This document shows positions 48,801-60,229 of a DNA stretch of 64,000 bases, one piece after another. Position 1 is the stretch's first letter; each line of letters starts with the position of its first letter. The stretch comes from Moniliella sp. 'wahieum'. Lineage: Eukaryota. Made by a program: the position numbers and the translations under genes. The stretch covers positions 1,054,001 to 1,118,000 of the forward strand of contig RSEE01000005.1 in the NCBI GenBank assembly GCA_003971905.1, read 5' to 3'. The notes beneath the pieces were generated by a model, which was not told the origin of the DNA, ran no database searches, and saw only the letters and a program-made list of their open reading frames with translations.

Positions 48801-50852
48801 CCGTCTGAAGGGGGCGGTCGGGATGTTGGCGATGCTCGCGCCGGATGAAGGCTTGAAGTTCGGCTGTGGCATCACCCTTGGACACCAGGGGTAGCGTCCA
48901 GGTATACCGCGTAAAGTCGTCGACAATGATAAGGGCGTAAGTATGACCCCGCCGCCTTGGCGGGATATGTCAAGGACGTCGAGGTGGAGGAGAGAGAAAG
49001 GGCGAATGGTTCGGATTGGGCGTCCAGTCGTGGCGTGGGGTGGGGCAGTGGCTCTGCTTAATGCGCATGGTGCACAGTGCCACGAGGACCGGACTAAAGC
49101 GATGTCGCCACTGTTGACCCGTTCGAATGCTGGGTCATCCGACGTGAGGGATGAAAGTTGATCTAGAGGTGCATGATTCCATCGGATGTGGGCGTTTTTC
49201 ACCTTGACCAGGGTTGCATCAAGGTTGAGTAGCGAAGTGGCGCTGTTGGCTGTGGCTGTCGTATTGGGCGCCAGAGTAAGGGAATAGCTTGAGTCGGCGG
49301 CGAGACGAAAAGGTTCGCCGTGTCGTCCGAGATAGAGACCATGGCCACCTGGAGGGATCCAGCTGCCAATGCCTGCGATAGATAGATGGTAAGCGCTGAG
49401 CAGGTTGGTCGGGAAGGTGGGGCAGTACAAGCTGCCGGGTAGGTGGATGCGGATAGGGGCTCCGTTCTGGGTTTGAATGTACATAGAGATGGTGCCAATG
49501 CCTTCAGTGTATGCGATCTGTCCGTTTGCCACTGCTATGGGCTCGCGGTGTGGACGAAGATTGATAAACGCACTTCGTTCATTGAATACGGATGGTCTCG
49601 CACCTGAATCGTGTTGCGCAGGGAGGTTGGCTGGCTTGGGTGGTGTAGTGGCTGCCATAGGGGTTACTGCATGGGCAGATGAGGTGGTCTGGGCTGTCGT
49701 AGCCGGCCGGCTAAAGTGGCCGCCACGTTGGCCACCACGGTGACTTCCTCTGTACCCGCTGCCACCTCGGCCTCGTCCGCGGCCTGTCACCGTACTGCTT
49801 GTTTGGCTGTGCGACGTGGCTTCCGAAGGGGCCGTACTGGAGGGAGCTGGGCTTGAACTGGAGGTACTGCCGTAGTTGGAGCCTTTGAGTTCGCTCACTG
49901 CTCGGCGCAATTCGGCGTAGCTGCTGTTACGATGGAGGTGCAACCACCCCTGATCAGTAACGCCTTTCCGTAGCATCTGTGCTAGACCAATCTCGTCCAG
50001 CTTGGACTTGGACGTCATCTCGTACTGGGTTACCGCCACAGTGAACTCATTCAGGTATTGGCGGCCCGACTTGGTGCCCATTTTGAGAGTGAGAACCTTT
50101 ATGAGGATATCACAGATCTCAGTGTCTGAAACGGTGCCGTACAAATCACGCAGAGCATGATAGTATGCAGACCCTAGAGCCGGCGTGCCATCGCCGGTGA
50201 TCTGCTGGACGACGTCGGAGTCTATCCACGGGAGTAGAATGTTGGCCAAGTGAGCGTCCAGTTCTGCGTTATACCCGTCCAGGGCCTTGCCCTGTTCCAG
50301 ATGCTCACGCGCTCCAGGGATAATCTGGATACGAGGGAGGAAGATCCGGGTCCATAACCAAAACGAGCTGTTGTTGTGGAAACGCTCGTGGTACGGCACG
50401 TTGCTGCGAGTGGCACTACGGAGGAGCTTGTCGGGAGTCAAAGCCCACGGGTTGTCGTCGACGGCCGGAGTTGACGATAAGGCACCTTCGTTCTTGCTAG
50501 CATTGGGTGGATTCTCACATGATAACATGACAATGGCTTCTGTGGTCGTCTTTTCGCTGTACCCAAGCTTGATACCAGTGTCCTGTAGCTGTTTGAGGGT
50601 GATGTGTTCGGGAAACAATTTGAACATGTTGCGAATGCGGTCGGCGAGGGTGGCGACGTCGTTCGCGGTGTTGTCGGGGCCCACGGGGGTGGGTTGAGGT
50701 GTAGGGGTAGATTCACGCGATGGTGTCAGCGGCGGGGAGGCGTGGTCAACTCCGACGGGAGTGGTGCTCTCTTCTGCTCCGGCAGTTGGTGAAGTAGGGG
50801 TTGAGGAGTTGAACCAAGACTCCTGAGTCTGAGAGCTCATGATGCTTGCCAT
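45898..50852 (-). CDS. Copia Gag-Pol polyprotein (one frameshift at ~48940)
   Basis: Protease DSGA; HHCC (HIRWNH..CAPC); integrase HLD..VDDFTR..RSDN..NGVAER; RT KYRARYVVGG, LKKSLYGLHQS, HTDD; RNase H TDASFA..EY..DN..DWFTK. Confidence 0.95.
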
Positions 50853-50935
50853 TAGCTTACGCAGTTCGAGCAAGCGCTTGTGGATAGGGCCGGCAGCGGA
50901 GGACCGAAGAGTGTAAGAGTGGAAGGCTCAGGGCT

Positions 50936-50958
50936 GAGCGTCAAGAGGATTGTAACTC
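50936..50958 (-). other. Bipartite primer-binding site complementary to the spliced tRNA-Tyr anticodon arm
   Basis: Plus strand GAGCGTCA-agag-GATTGTAACTC equals spliced tRNA-Tyr positions ~22-29 and 30-40, directly abutting the 5' LTR. Confidence 0.85.
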
Positions 50959-51175
50959 TGTAAGACCGGAGGAACCCAAGGGATTGGGTGAAGAACCTCT
51001 GGAAATGTAGAGCAATGCAATCGCGATGGTGGTGGTTAAGGTCTAAGCCTTGTGCCACACCTAGAGACAGGGGTTCAGACAAGCCTGAGTATACACGTGG
51101 AGGCTTCGGAGGACAAATCAGGGGTGAAGGGTGATGAGGCGCCTTGGCCTAAGTACGGGACCACGGGTCCCAACA
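50959..51175 (-). repeat. 5' LTR of the copia element
   Basis: Identical to 45616-45832 by eye. Confidence 0.97.
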
Positions 51176-51278
51176 AATGGAACCGTACATACGCCGCCAA
51201 CAGGTCAGCACAGACGCTAGCTAAAGGTCTAACAGCGAACTCGATACCTGCAAGCATGGGGGGGAGAGAGGCCGTATT

Positions 51279-51876
51279 TCACATGAACTCAGCAGATTCT
51301 CGTACAAGGCGACGCACCTGGCATGATAGAGACAGGGTCAGACATGCAGCCAATCAGAAACCAGACAGACAGAAGGAAGCGAGTACATACGCGCTTCTTG
51401 TATCCTGGCAGGTCCTCCCGCACCTGCTTGGCCGCATCAACGTTGGCAGGCGAGTCGGTATTGGGGTTGTCGGAGGAGAGGAGAGAGATGACAGAGATGA
51501 GAATGCTCTCAATCGAGTGGACTGGCATCCATCGTTCGCCGGCGTCTTCGTATCCATATTGGTCGGATCCAGGGGGATGGAGGATAGAGATGCAGACGGT
51601 GCCGTCTTCGTAAATGTTGGGGTGCCACATCTTGGTGATGAAGCGCATCTTCGGTGGTAGTAAAGGATACTCGGGAGGGAAGATAAGCTCAGCGTGGAGG
51701 AAGCCACCCTCGTAAAGGGTATCTTGGGGGCCGATGATCATAATGTCCCACTCGTAGAGGTTGGAGTCGTCCTTGAGGCCGGCACTGAAGCCATCGACGG
51801 GGTGTTTCGTCAGCTCGGTGAGCTGGCGTTTGAGGAGCAGCGCATTACCAGCAGAGGGGGTAGCGGAGGCGCTCAT
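51279..51876 (-). CDS. Ubiquitin-conjugating enzyme E2, UBE2G1/Ubc7-family
   Basis: WHPNIY.DG.VCISILHPPG..ERWMPV with acidic loop; intron 51318-51390. Confidence 0.95.
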
Positions 51877-52253
51877 CGTGATGGTAGTGGGGGTGGGGAT
51901 GGGGGACGCCAAGCGCCACGAGCCAAATCGGACCACCCAGGCGTGCTCGAGCGGTCATCGAGATCGATGATTAACGATTGATGATGCGTGATGCATGATG
52001 ATCGGTGAGTACTGAGGGTACTGAGTGGCGGAGGCTGAGCCTAGGGTTACGCGGTGGTGTTGGTTGCGTTTTGTTTTCTGGTCCTTCACGGGGTCTCTGC
52101 CAGCAACCGGTATCCCCGGTCGACAGTCGGGTCCCATTTGAAATTGCAGACAGCAAGCCAGCCAATTCCGCCCTCCTTGCCCTCCGCCCGATTGCCTTTT
52201 TTGGACGCATGCACGCACCCAGTCCGCACGCCCCCCTCCCTCGCCAACCCGCC

Positions 52254-55200
52254 ATGGACCCCGAAACGGCCAACGACGTCGACAATGACGAGCACATGCT
52301 CGACGCAGCAACCGACGGGGCAGTGAACCATGCGGATGTCCATGCCTCTTTCTACGGCGACCCCGCCGACCGCCCCGAGGTTGTGTCCGGGCCCGAACGT
52401 CCTGCCGGCCTTCCGAATGCTGCAAGCCTGCCGAAGCAGACGCGTTCCTTTGCACACGATCTAGCCCCGGTAGCAAAACCGCGTCTACTGGCCTGTATGA
52501 GTCCCTCTCTTTGGATCAACAGCACGCCGCCATTGCCCATCTCGCCCAGGCTCCCAATCTCACTGCTCCCATCAAGGAGGTGGCCGACAAGTGGCAGCTG
52601 CTGCCTGCCTTCCTGCAAGTCAAGGGTCTGGTCAAACAACATATTGACAGTTTCAATTACTTCGTTGACTATGGCCTCAAGGAGATTCTCAAGGCCAACC
52701 AGCTGGTCACCAGCGATATCGACCCCAAGTTTTACTGGAAGTACACTGACATCTACGTCGGCATTCCCTCCCGCCCGGGCGGTGACGGCCCGTGGTGGAG
52801 CCCGGCCCGACGATCAAGGGGTCAGGAAAGGGGTCGCTCAAGAGTTTCAAAGGCGCGTTCAGCCCACACGAATGCCGTCTCCGTGACATGACGTACAGCG
52901 CGCCGATCTATGTCGACATTGAATACACGCGTGGCGGCAAGATCTACCGCCGCAAGCATATCGACATTGGGCGGATGCCCATCATGCTCCGCTCCAACAA
53001 GTGTGCTCTCTCTGGTCGAACCGAAAAGGAGCTAGCGCAAATGAACGAATGCCCGCTTGACCCAGGTGGTTACTTTGTGGTAAAGGGACAAGAGAAGGTT
53101 ATTCTCATTCAAGAACAGCTCAGCAAAAACCGAGTGATCGTTGAAGCCGATACCAAAAAGGACATTGTGTCCGCCAGCGTGACATCGTACGTGCCCTTCA
53201 TTCCGGGTACCCTCGCATGGTGGTACTGACTCGGTGATGGACTTGACCAGCTCGACAGCCGAGCGGAAGAGTAAGTCATATGTCGTGAGCAAGAACAAGT
53301 GCGTCTACTTGCGCCACAACAGCATGACCGAGGATATTCCCATTGTGATAGCATTCAAGGCTATGGGCATAACAACGGACCGCGAAATCATCGAGACGGT
53401 AGCTGGAACGAACGAGGCATTCCGCGAGCTGTTCAGCAACTCGATCGAGGAGGGATGCCGACTCAAGGTATTCACTCGAAGGCAGGCGCTCGACTATATT
53501 GGGCGCAAGGTCCGTCGCATGATGCGTCCAGGCGTTCCCCGGCGGCCAGCGCACGAAGAGGCGCTGGAAGTGCTAGCCACCGTTGTGATAGCTCATGTGC
53601 CAGTTGAGAAGCTGAACTTCCGTCCCAAGGCGATCTATCTTTCCACGATGGTACGCCGCGTACTGGCTTGTGTCCTGGACCCGAGTCAGGTCGACGATCG
53701 AGACTACGTCGGCAACAAACGTCTCGAGCTGGCGGGGCAGTTGCTCTCGCTATTGTTCGAGGACATGTTTAAAAATACAACTATGATCTCAAGATGTCCT
53801 TTGACAAGGTCATGAAGAAGCCACCGTGCAACTGAGTTTGATGCCAATCAGCACCGCGCCTACCATGCCGACAACATTACTTCTGGTTTTGTCCGCGCCA
53901 TCAGCACGGGCAACTGGAGTCTCAAGCGTTTCCGTATGGAGCGTGCAGGCGTCACTCATCTTCTCTCTCGACTCAGCTACATCTCTGCCCTGGGTATGAT
54001 GACACGCATCTCGTCTCAGTTTGAGAAAACGCGCAAGGTATCGGGTCCGCGTGCATTGCAACCTTCACAGTGGGGAATGCTCTGTCCTTCTGACACGCCC
54101 GAAGGCGAAGCTTGTGGACTGGTGAAGAACCTGGCCCTCATGACCCATATCACGACTGAGATTGACGAAGCGCCACTCGAAAAGCTGGCTTATACCCTGG
54201 GATGCGAGGACGTGGCGCTGCTGACTGGCGCCGAAATGCACCACAAGGGCAGTTTCCTAGTATTCCTCAATGGCCGAGTGATTGGCTTGACCCGCGCACC
54301 CACTCGCTTCATCGCCGCATTCCGCAAGTTGCGACGAACAGGCAAGATATCGGAGTTTGTCAGTGTGCACACCAACACCCAACAGCAAGCTGTGGTGATT
54401 GCCTCTGATGGTGGGCGAGTGTGCCGCCCGATGATCATTGTCGACAATGGCAAGCCAAGGGTCAAGGACAGTCACATCGCACTCCTTAAGCGGGGGAGGA
54501 TGTCGTTTGATGCCTTTTTGGCAAAGGGGTTAGTCGAGTACTTGGATGTGAACGAGGAGAACGACAGCTACATTGCCCTTTATGAGAAGGACATTCTCCC
54601 TGGGTATACTACCCATCTAGAAATTGAGCCGTTTACCATTCTTGGTGCGGTAGCCGGACTGATCCCATACCCCCATCACAACCAATCTCCTCGAAACACA
54701 TATCAGTGCGCCATGGGTAAACAAGCCATTGGGGCAATTGGCTACAACCAGCTCAACCGGATTGACACATTGCTCTACCTGATGGTTTACCCCCAACAGC
54801 CGATGGTCAAGACCAAGACGATTGAGCTGATTGGGTACGACAAGCTGCCTGCCGGTCAAAATGCGATGGTAGCGGTAATGAGCTACTCGGGGTACGATAT
54901 TGAGGACGCGCTGATCATCAACAAGAGCTCGATTGACCGTGGCTTTGGGCGGTGTCAAGTGATGCGCAAGACAACCGTGCAGATCAAAGCGTACCCCAAC
55001 GGCACGAGTGACCGGATCGGAGATGTGCCCAAAGACGAACAGGGCAACGTGCCCTTCCGTTACCAGGTTCTAGAGGATGACGGTTTGGCCGCCGTTGGAG
55101 CCGAGGTGAGCGACGGGCAGGTGTACATCAATAAGCAATCGCCTGTCTTGGCCGCGGGCACGGGCGATATGGACCCGGGCATGGGTGCGAACCCGGTGGT

Positions 55201-56053
55201 GATCGGATACAAGGGCACCGCGCCCAGCTACAAAACCAAAGTGCCTTCCTACGTTGACCAGATCATGATCACCGATAGCGATGGAGACCAGCAAATCATC
55301 AAGGCCCTCCTGCGCCAGACCCGCCGCCCCGAGTTGGGAGATAAGTTTTCATCCCGTCACGGGCAGAAGGGTGTATGCGGGCTAATCGTACGACAAGAAG
55401 ACATGCCCTTTAGCGACCGGGGGATCTGCCCGGATATTATCATGAACCCCCACGGTTTCCCGTCGCGTATGACTGTGGGAAAGATGATCGAATTGCTTGC
55501 GGGCAAAGCGGGTGTGATCAGTGGGGAGCTCCAGTACGGCACCGCCTTTGGGGGCTCCAAGGTGGCAGATATGTCACGCATCTTGGTTGAAAATGGCTAC
55601 AACTACGGTGGCAAAGAGTACATGACTTCGGGCATTACCGGCGAACCGATGGAGTGCTACGTGTACTTTGGCCCGATCTACTACCAGAAGCTGAAGCACA
55701 TGGTGCAAGACAAGATGCATGCGCGTGCACGTGGGCCCCGTGCGCTGCTAACGCGCCAGCCAACCGAGGGCCGTTCCCGCGATGGTGGCCTGCGTTTGGG
55801 AGAGATGGAACGACTGTCTAATTGGGTACGGTGCCACCCCTTGCTCTTGGAGCGACTAATGATCTCTTCCGATGCATTCTCGGTGGACGTGTGTCAACTT
55901 TGCGGCCTGTTGGGCTACAATGGCTACTGCGGCCATTGCAAGACGGGGGCGCAAGTGGCCAACATCACGGTGCCGTATGCGACTAAGCTGCTGTTCCAGG
56001 AACTGATGGCGATGCAGGTTGTGCCCCGCCTGGTGCTGGAAGACTCAGTGTAA
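52254..56053 (+). CDS. RET1: RNA polymerase III second-largest subunit (RPC2)
   Basis: [66 protein letters not shown]; intron 53187-53250. Confidence 0.98.
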
Positions 56054-56462
56054 GTGATGTCCCATCTGTCGATGTCGCGTATCTTCAAACCAAAAGCCTG
56101 TCAACCAACAACACATGTACTCTACTACATCATACTGCATACACATACCACCCCACTACTAAGCGAGGCGAGCACATCCCAGATATCATATCGCATCTTC
56201 GATCTCATAGCGCCCCCGCCATTTCATCCAATACATACACATCGTGCGATGTCAGCTGTGGCGTTTGCGATGTCTCGAAATGGGTTACATTGGATGTGAG
56301 CCTAGAGAGGATGGGTATAGGGTGTAGGTCGTAAAGTCGAAAGAGTACACTGGTTATGGGAGTATAACTGTGGGTTTTTATGCATCTGCGGGCGCACTTG
56401 TCGCGAGCGCCCGTCATGGGCCTGTTTAAAAAAGGAGGCAAAAATAGGACGCCTTGTCGGGT

Positions 56463-56543
56463 CGAACGACGCAGGGGTCGAACCTGCAACCTCCTGATTA
56501 CAACCATTCGTAGTCAGACGCGCTACCATTGCGCCAGCCGTCC
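56463..56543 (-). tRNA. tRNA-Arg(ACG) with 9-nt intron
   Basis: GGACGGC/GTCGTTC acceptor, TCTGA-CT-ACG-A[ATGGTTGTA]A-TCAGG, GCAGG-TTCGACC-CCTGC. Confidence 0.95.
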
Positions 56544-56835
56544 TCTGTGTCCTCCTCTTAGCTTTCCAATTGGCTAAACATACCCATTTCATGCGAGAGA
56601 TGTGAAACTGCTGATGGCTGGCATGCCGGCTTTTTCGTGTTGCCCCCATTTGCCCTATAGCGCATCTCCATATCATTGACAGACAGCTTAAGGCAGGGAC
56701 AAAGAAACGCTATGCCTATCAGTTGCGCTCATCCGGCGGGTGATGTTTGCTCGTGCCAACCCAATTAGGAGACCACAGTGGAGTCGCCAGCAGGTCGGGA
56801 CGCGCTTTTTAGTATCGAGATGAGACGAGATGTTA

Positions 56836-58765
56836 TCACGAGAAAAACGGAAAAGATTTAGTGTATGTTTTCTCAAAAGGAAAGGGAGAGAGCGCTATAA
56901 CTTCATGTGCGACGTGGGATGTGTGAAAGAAGTGTACCGAGAGACCCGCTCTTTGATGAGAAAAGTGTACTGATGAAAAACCCCCTGTTTGGTGCTGTGC
57001 GAACAGCGTCTGAAGAAACATACAAACAACGCCATGGTACATGAGGACATGGAGGTGGTAACTAATACCGGTTACCGGCGAAGAAAGAAGTGGAGATACC
57101 ATAGGATGACCACGCTTGGCAGAACAAGTACCAAAAGGAGGAGAGAAACCAAACTGAACCCCCATCCCCAAGCCAGCCTGTGGTAAACGGGAAAGGCAAG
57201 GGGAAGACACAAAGCCTCCCAGCCAGAAGAAGAGAAATAGAAGACTGACTTTGCTCATATCGTGCATGGGCACCGCGGTAACCCACTAGATATATGTGAT
57301 GAAGACAGTGGTATGACAAAGGGGATTTAGTAGTGAACCTCGAATATATGGTACAAAAAGGGGGAAAGGGGCAACGTACGCTTAGCAATAGGGCCATGGT
57401 GACGAAGCATCCGAATCCGAGTACACCCGATCCTATGTCCACGGCGATCCAGTGGCGGTGGTGCTGTGCCGCCCATCCGAGGATGAGGAACCCCCCAATT
57501 GAAAGCAAACCCCAACGAGGGCCAAGAGCAAATATGGGAGATGATGGCCTACTGTTGGAAGGCGTGTTCCCGTATTTCCGAAAGAATTGTGCCAACGTAA
57601 AAAGAACGATAATGAGAGCGCACCTAAGAGGAATGCGATGATAAAAGGGATGTAGTGAAGACGACCAGACCCATGGAACGATAGTTTACACTACAGGGTA
57701 GAGGAAAACCAGCATCAACAGAATGACCACAAAGACAGCAGACAGAAGGGAGAGGGCGAAAGATACGAGAAGGATGAAGTAATTCTTATGATCTGTGCAA
57801 ACGGTTGAAGGAGAAAATGCCCAATGGGCTTGGTTCTTGGTGTCGTTGACGACGTGGGGCTGATCATGGCACTGCGATCAGCAGCATTGTGAGGCAGCTG
57901 CAAGCGGCAAAATCGACAGAACGTCTCGGGGAGGAAGAGAAAGGTGATGCAGAAGGCCACGGCCCCAGAAAGGGCAGTAACGACGAAGATCCAGCGCCAA
58001 TGGGGCTGGAGATGGTGTGGATGTAATCGATCGACCATCCAGCCGGTGAGAAAAGGCGAAATCACTAAGCCAAGCAGCAAGGAGAGCAACGAATGTCATC
58101 ACCAAACCCCGGAGGCGGGAAGGAACAAGTCCCCAACCACCCCTAACACCACTGCCATAGCTCCTCCTCCCCCCAATCCAGCCAAAAAGCGAAAAACAAT
58201 CATTCTGGCCACGGTCTTGGTCCAGATACAAACCAGGTTGAAAACGAGAAAGATCACACTGCTGATGAGGAGCGCAGGACGGCGGCCATGCCACTCTGAA
58301 ATCGCCCACCAGAATGGAGTAACTGGGAAGAAGAAGGGTTAGTCGATGTATGCTAAGACCAAAGTGAATACCTTTGGAAGTCAGTAACATACCCAAGGAT
58401 ATCCCAAGTGGAAAAACACAATATCAGGATCTGCCGAGGGTCACCCTGAGCAAGCCCATAGTAACTGCCCATCAAGCAAGGGCTGGGATGACCGAAGTAC
58501 AAGCGAGTGAGACTGTGAAAAGGATGAAAAGCATGAAACAAAGGGTAAAAATTTTGTAGAGCAACGGCCAGTTGCAAGGCAACTCAGGGTCAATGAAGGG
58601 CTTGGGAACAAACGAGGGAGTATACAGGGATTGATGTTTCGCCTCTTCGCCAACAGGGGGCTCGATGTGATCAGAGTGCTGACTTTCCTGGGCAAGGCCT
58701 GGACTAATAATGGTGTTACTGTGCGAAGGAGACACATGAGGAGGTGTATCTGAGTTCCCTTCCAT
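56836..58765 (-). CDS. MFS transporter, DHA1 drug:H+ antiporter-like; divergent and fragmented
   Basis: DPELPCNWP..K, WRWIF, LPET, ILGWAAQ..HWI motifs and many hydrophobic segments; ends approximate. Confidence 0.75.
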
Positions 58766-58966
58766 CTTGGCGGCTGGCTCAGCCGTTAAATAAGTTGGGT
58801 CCACAGTGGAGGCAGGCGGTTGAGTCCCCCCACAATAGATCCGTGGCTGGAGTAGTGAAGAGAGTTAGTGGGATCACTGTGATGGACATATCGGTCTTGG
58901 GGGTCACCGTTGCCTTCAAGCTCGAGTTGGGGTGCGTTGTCCCTGTCATTTTGTCCGCGCCTCTCT

Positions 58967-60175
58967 CATGACGATTACCATTAGTAGGAATAAGTTTCTC
59001 CTCACTCTCCCCACTTGCTCCGATAAGAAGTGCCTTCGCGATGAGAAGAAATTGGGACGGAGAGCAGACTAGTTTTCCCCTTTTGGGTAGGTTCACCAGT
59101 CGTCACGGAATCCATAACACGAGTGTCTGTTGCGGGAGAGACAAGAGGTTCTGGAGCGCACCGTGGGGACGCTCAGAATGTTGGACATTATGTAGGCTTG
59201 CCGCACCTTGGGCCGAGTAAAGGAAGTAGAAGAAACGACATCCCTGTTGTCAAGGGACTGATCCGACGGTTGCTCAAAATTAGCGAATGAGGTGGGCGTC
59301 CCCCCTCCGGTTACAACAGCATTTCCCATCGTTTGGTGCTCAGAGAATAAACGGGATGGGGTGCTGCCGCTGGCATTGCCCTCACGAAGGGAATGCTGCA
59401 TAATATGGGGGTTGCTCGATTTGGTTGAGACCCCCATTCCCACCTCCGTGGCTCTGTGTGGAGGGATTTTGTACAGTCCAGGTTTGGTATACGACCGGGG
59501 ATCCGTCATTCGTACCCTGTTGCTCACCGTTGGGGTCCCGCGGTTTGAACCAGGTTTGGACTGGGGACCACATTTCCCGAGCCTGAGTGTTGGAGGTAGA
59601 CGACACGCTTCTCAGGTGTCCCCTCCTGTCCCTGAGAAACAGTACGGGTAATCACATCAGGGGGGCTTTGGGCGGTAAGAGTTGAAACTGGGTGCGGCTC
59701 GCGTCCAGCTGGCCTTGTGGATGGGGCTGCTGCTGCGGGTTGGGGAGCACCTGAACATGCCTCGATGGGAGGGGCTGCGGAATGGTGCGGTATTCCACGT
59801 GGGTGGCACTGGTGGGAGCTTGGCTTGGGAGAACGTGCGTGGTTGTGCTGATGTCGGTGGGGCTGTCTTGCCCAGAGAGGGGCTGAGAGCGAGGGGGGGC
59901 GAGGCGCCTGGGATGGACATTGGATCCGAGGGTGGCCTGGTCCAGTTGAATGCGGTCTGGCGGGCGGGGCGATCCATAGGTCGTTGCTGGGGCGAAGGGT
60001 GGCTGGGGCAGGTGGTGGGGATGGACTAGGCGGTGGGCCAGAGGTGGTGGTGGAAACGCGCGAGAGGCACTAGCAACGGACTGCATCTACCCGGCCAGCT
60101 GCAAGGGGGTGCCGATGCCACGCGCGGTGGGCTGTGCTGCCGTCTCAATTCCCGCCTCTTGGCGCCCGGGCGCAT
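58967..60175 (-). CDS. Possible Pro/Gln-rich hypothetical protein
   Basis: Chain of overlapping minus-strand ORFs with low-complexity composition; no motif recognised. Confidence 0.3.
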
Positions 60176-60229
60176 GCAGGCGACATGGAACGCAGCTCTA
60201 TCCAATGCACATCATCCATTCCTGTCCGA

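Larger units (their letters stand above)
45616..51175 (-). mobile_element. Full-length Ty1/copia LTR retrotransposon, recent insertion
   Basis: Identical 217-bp TG..CA LTRs, 5-bp TSD AATGG (45611-45615 and 51176-51180), G-run PPT next to the 3' LTR, domain order gag-PR-IN-RT-RH. Confidence 0.98.

Noticed and set aside
48900..48960. Frameshift between the two copia ORFs as a programmed gag-pol shift
   Set aside because: It falls inside the integrase core, well downstream of the protease, so an error or mutation is more likely.
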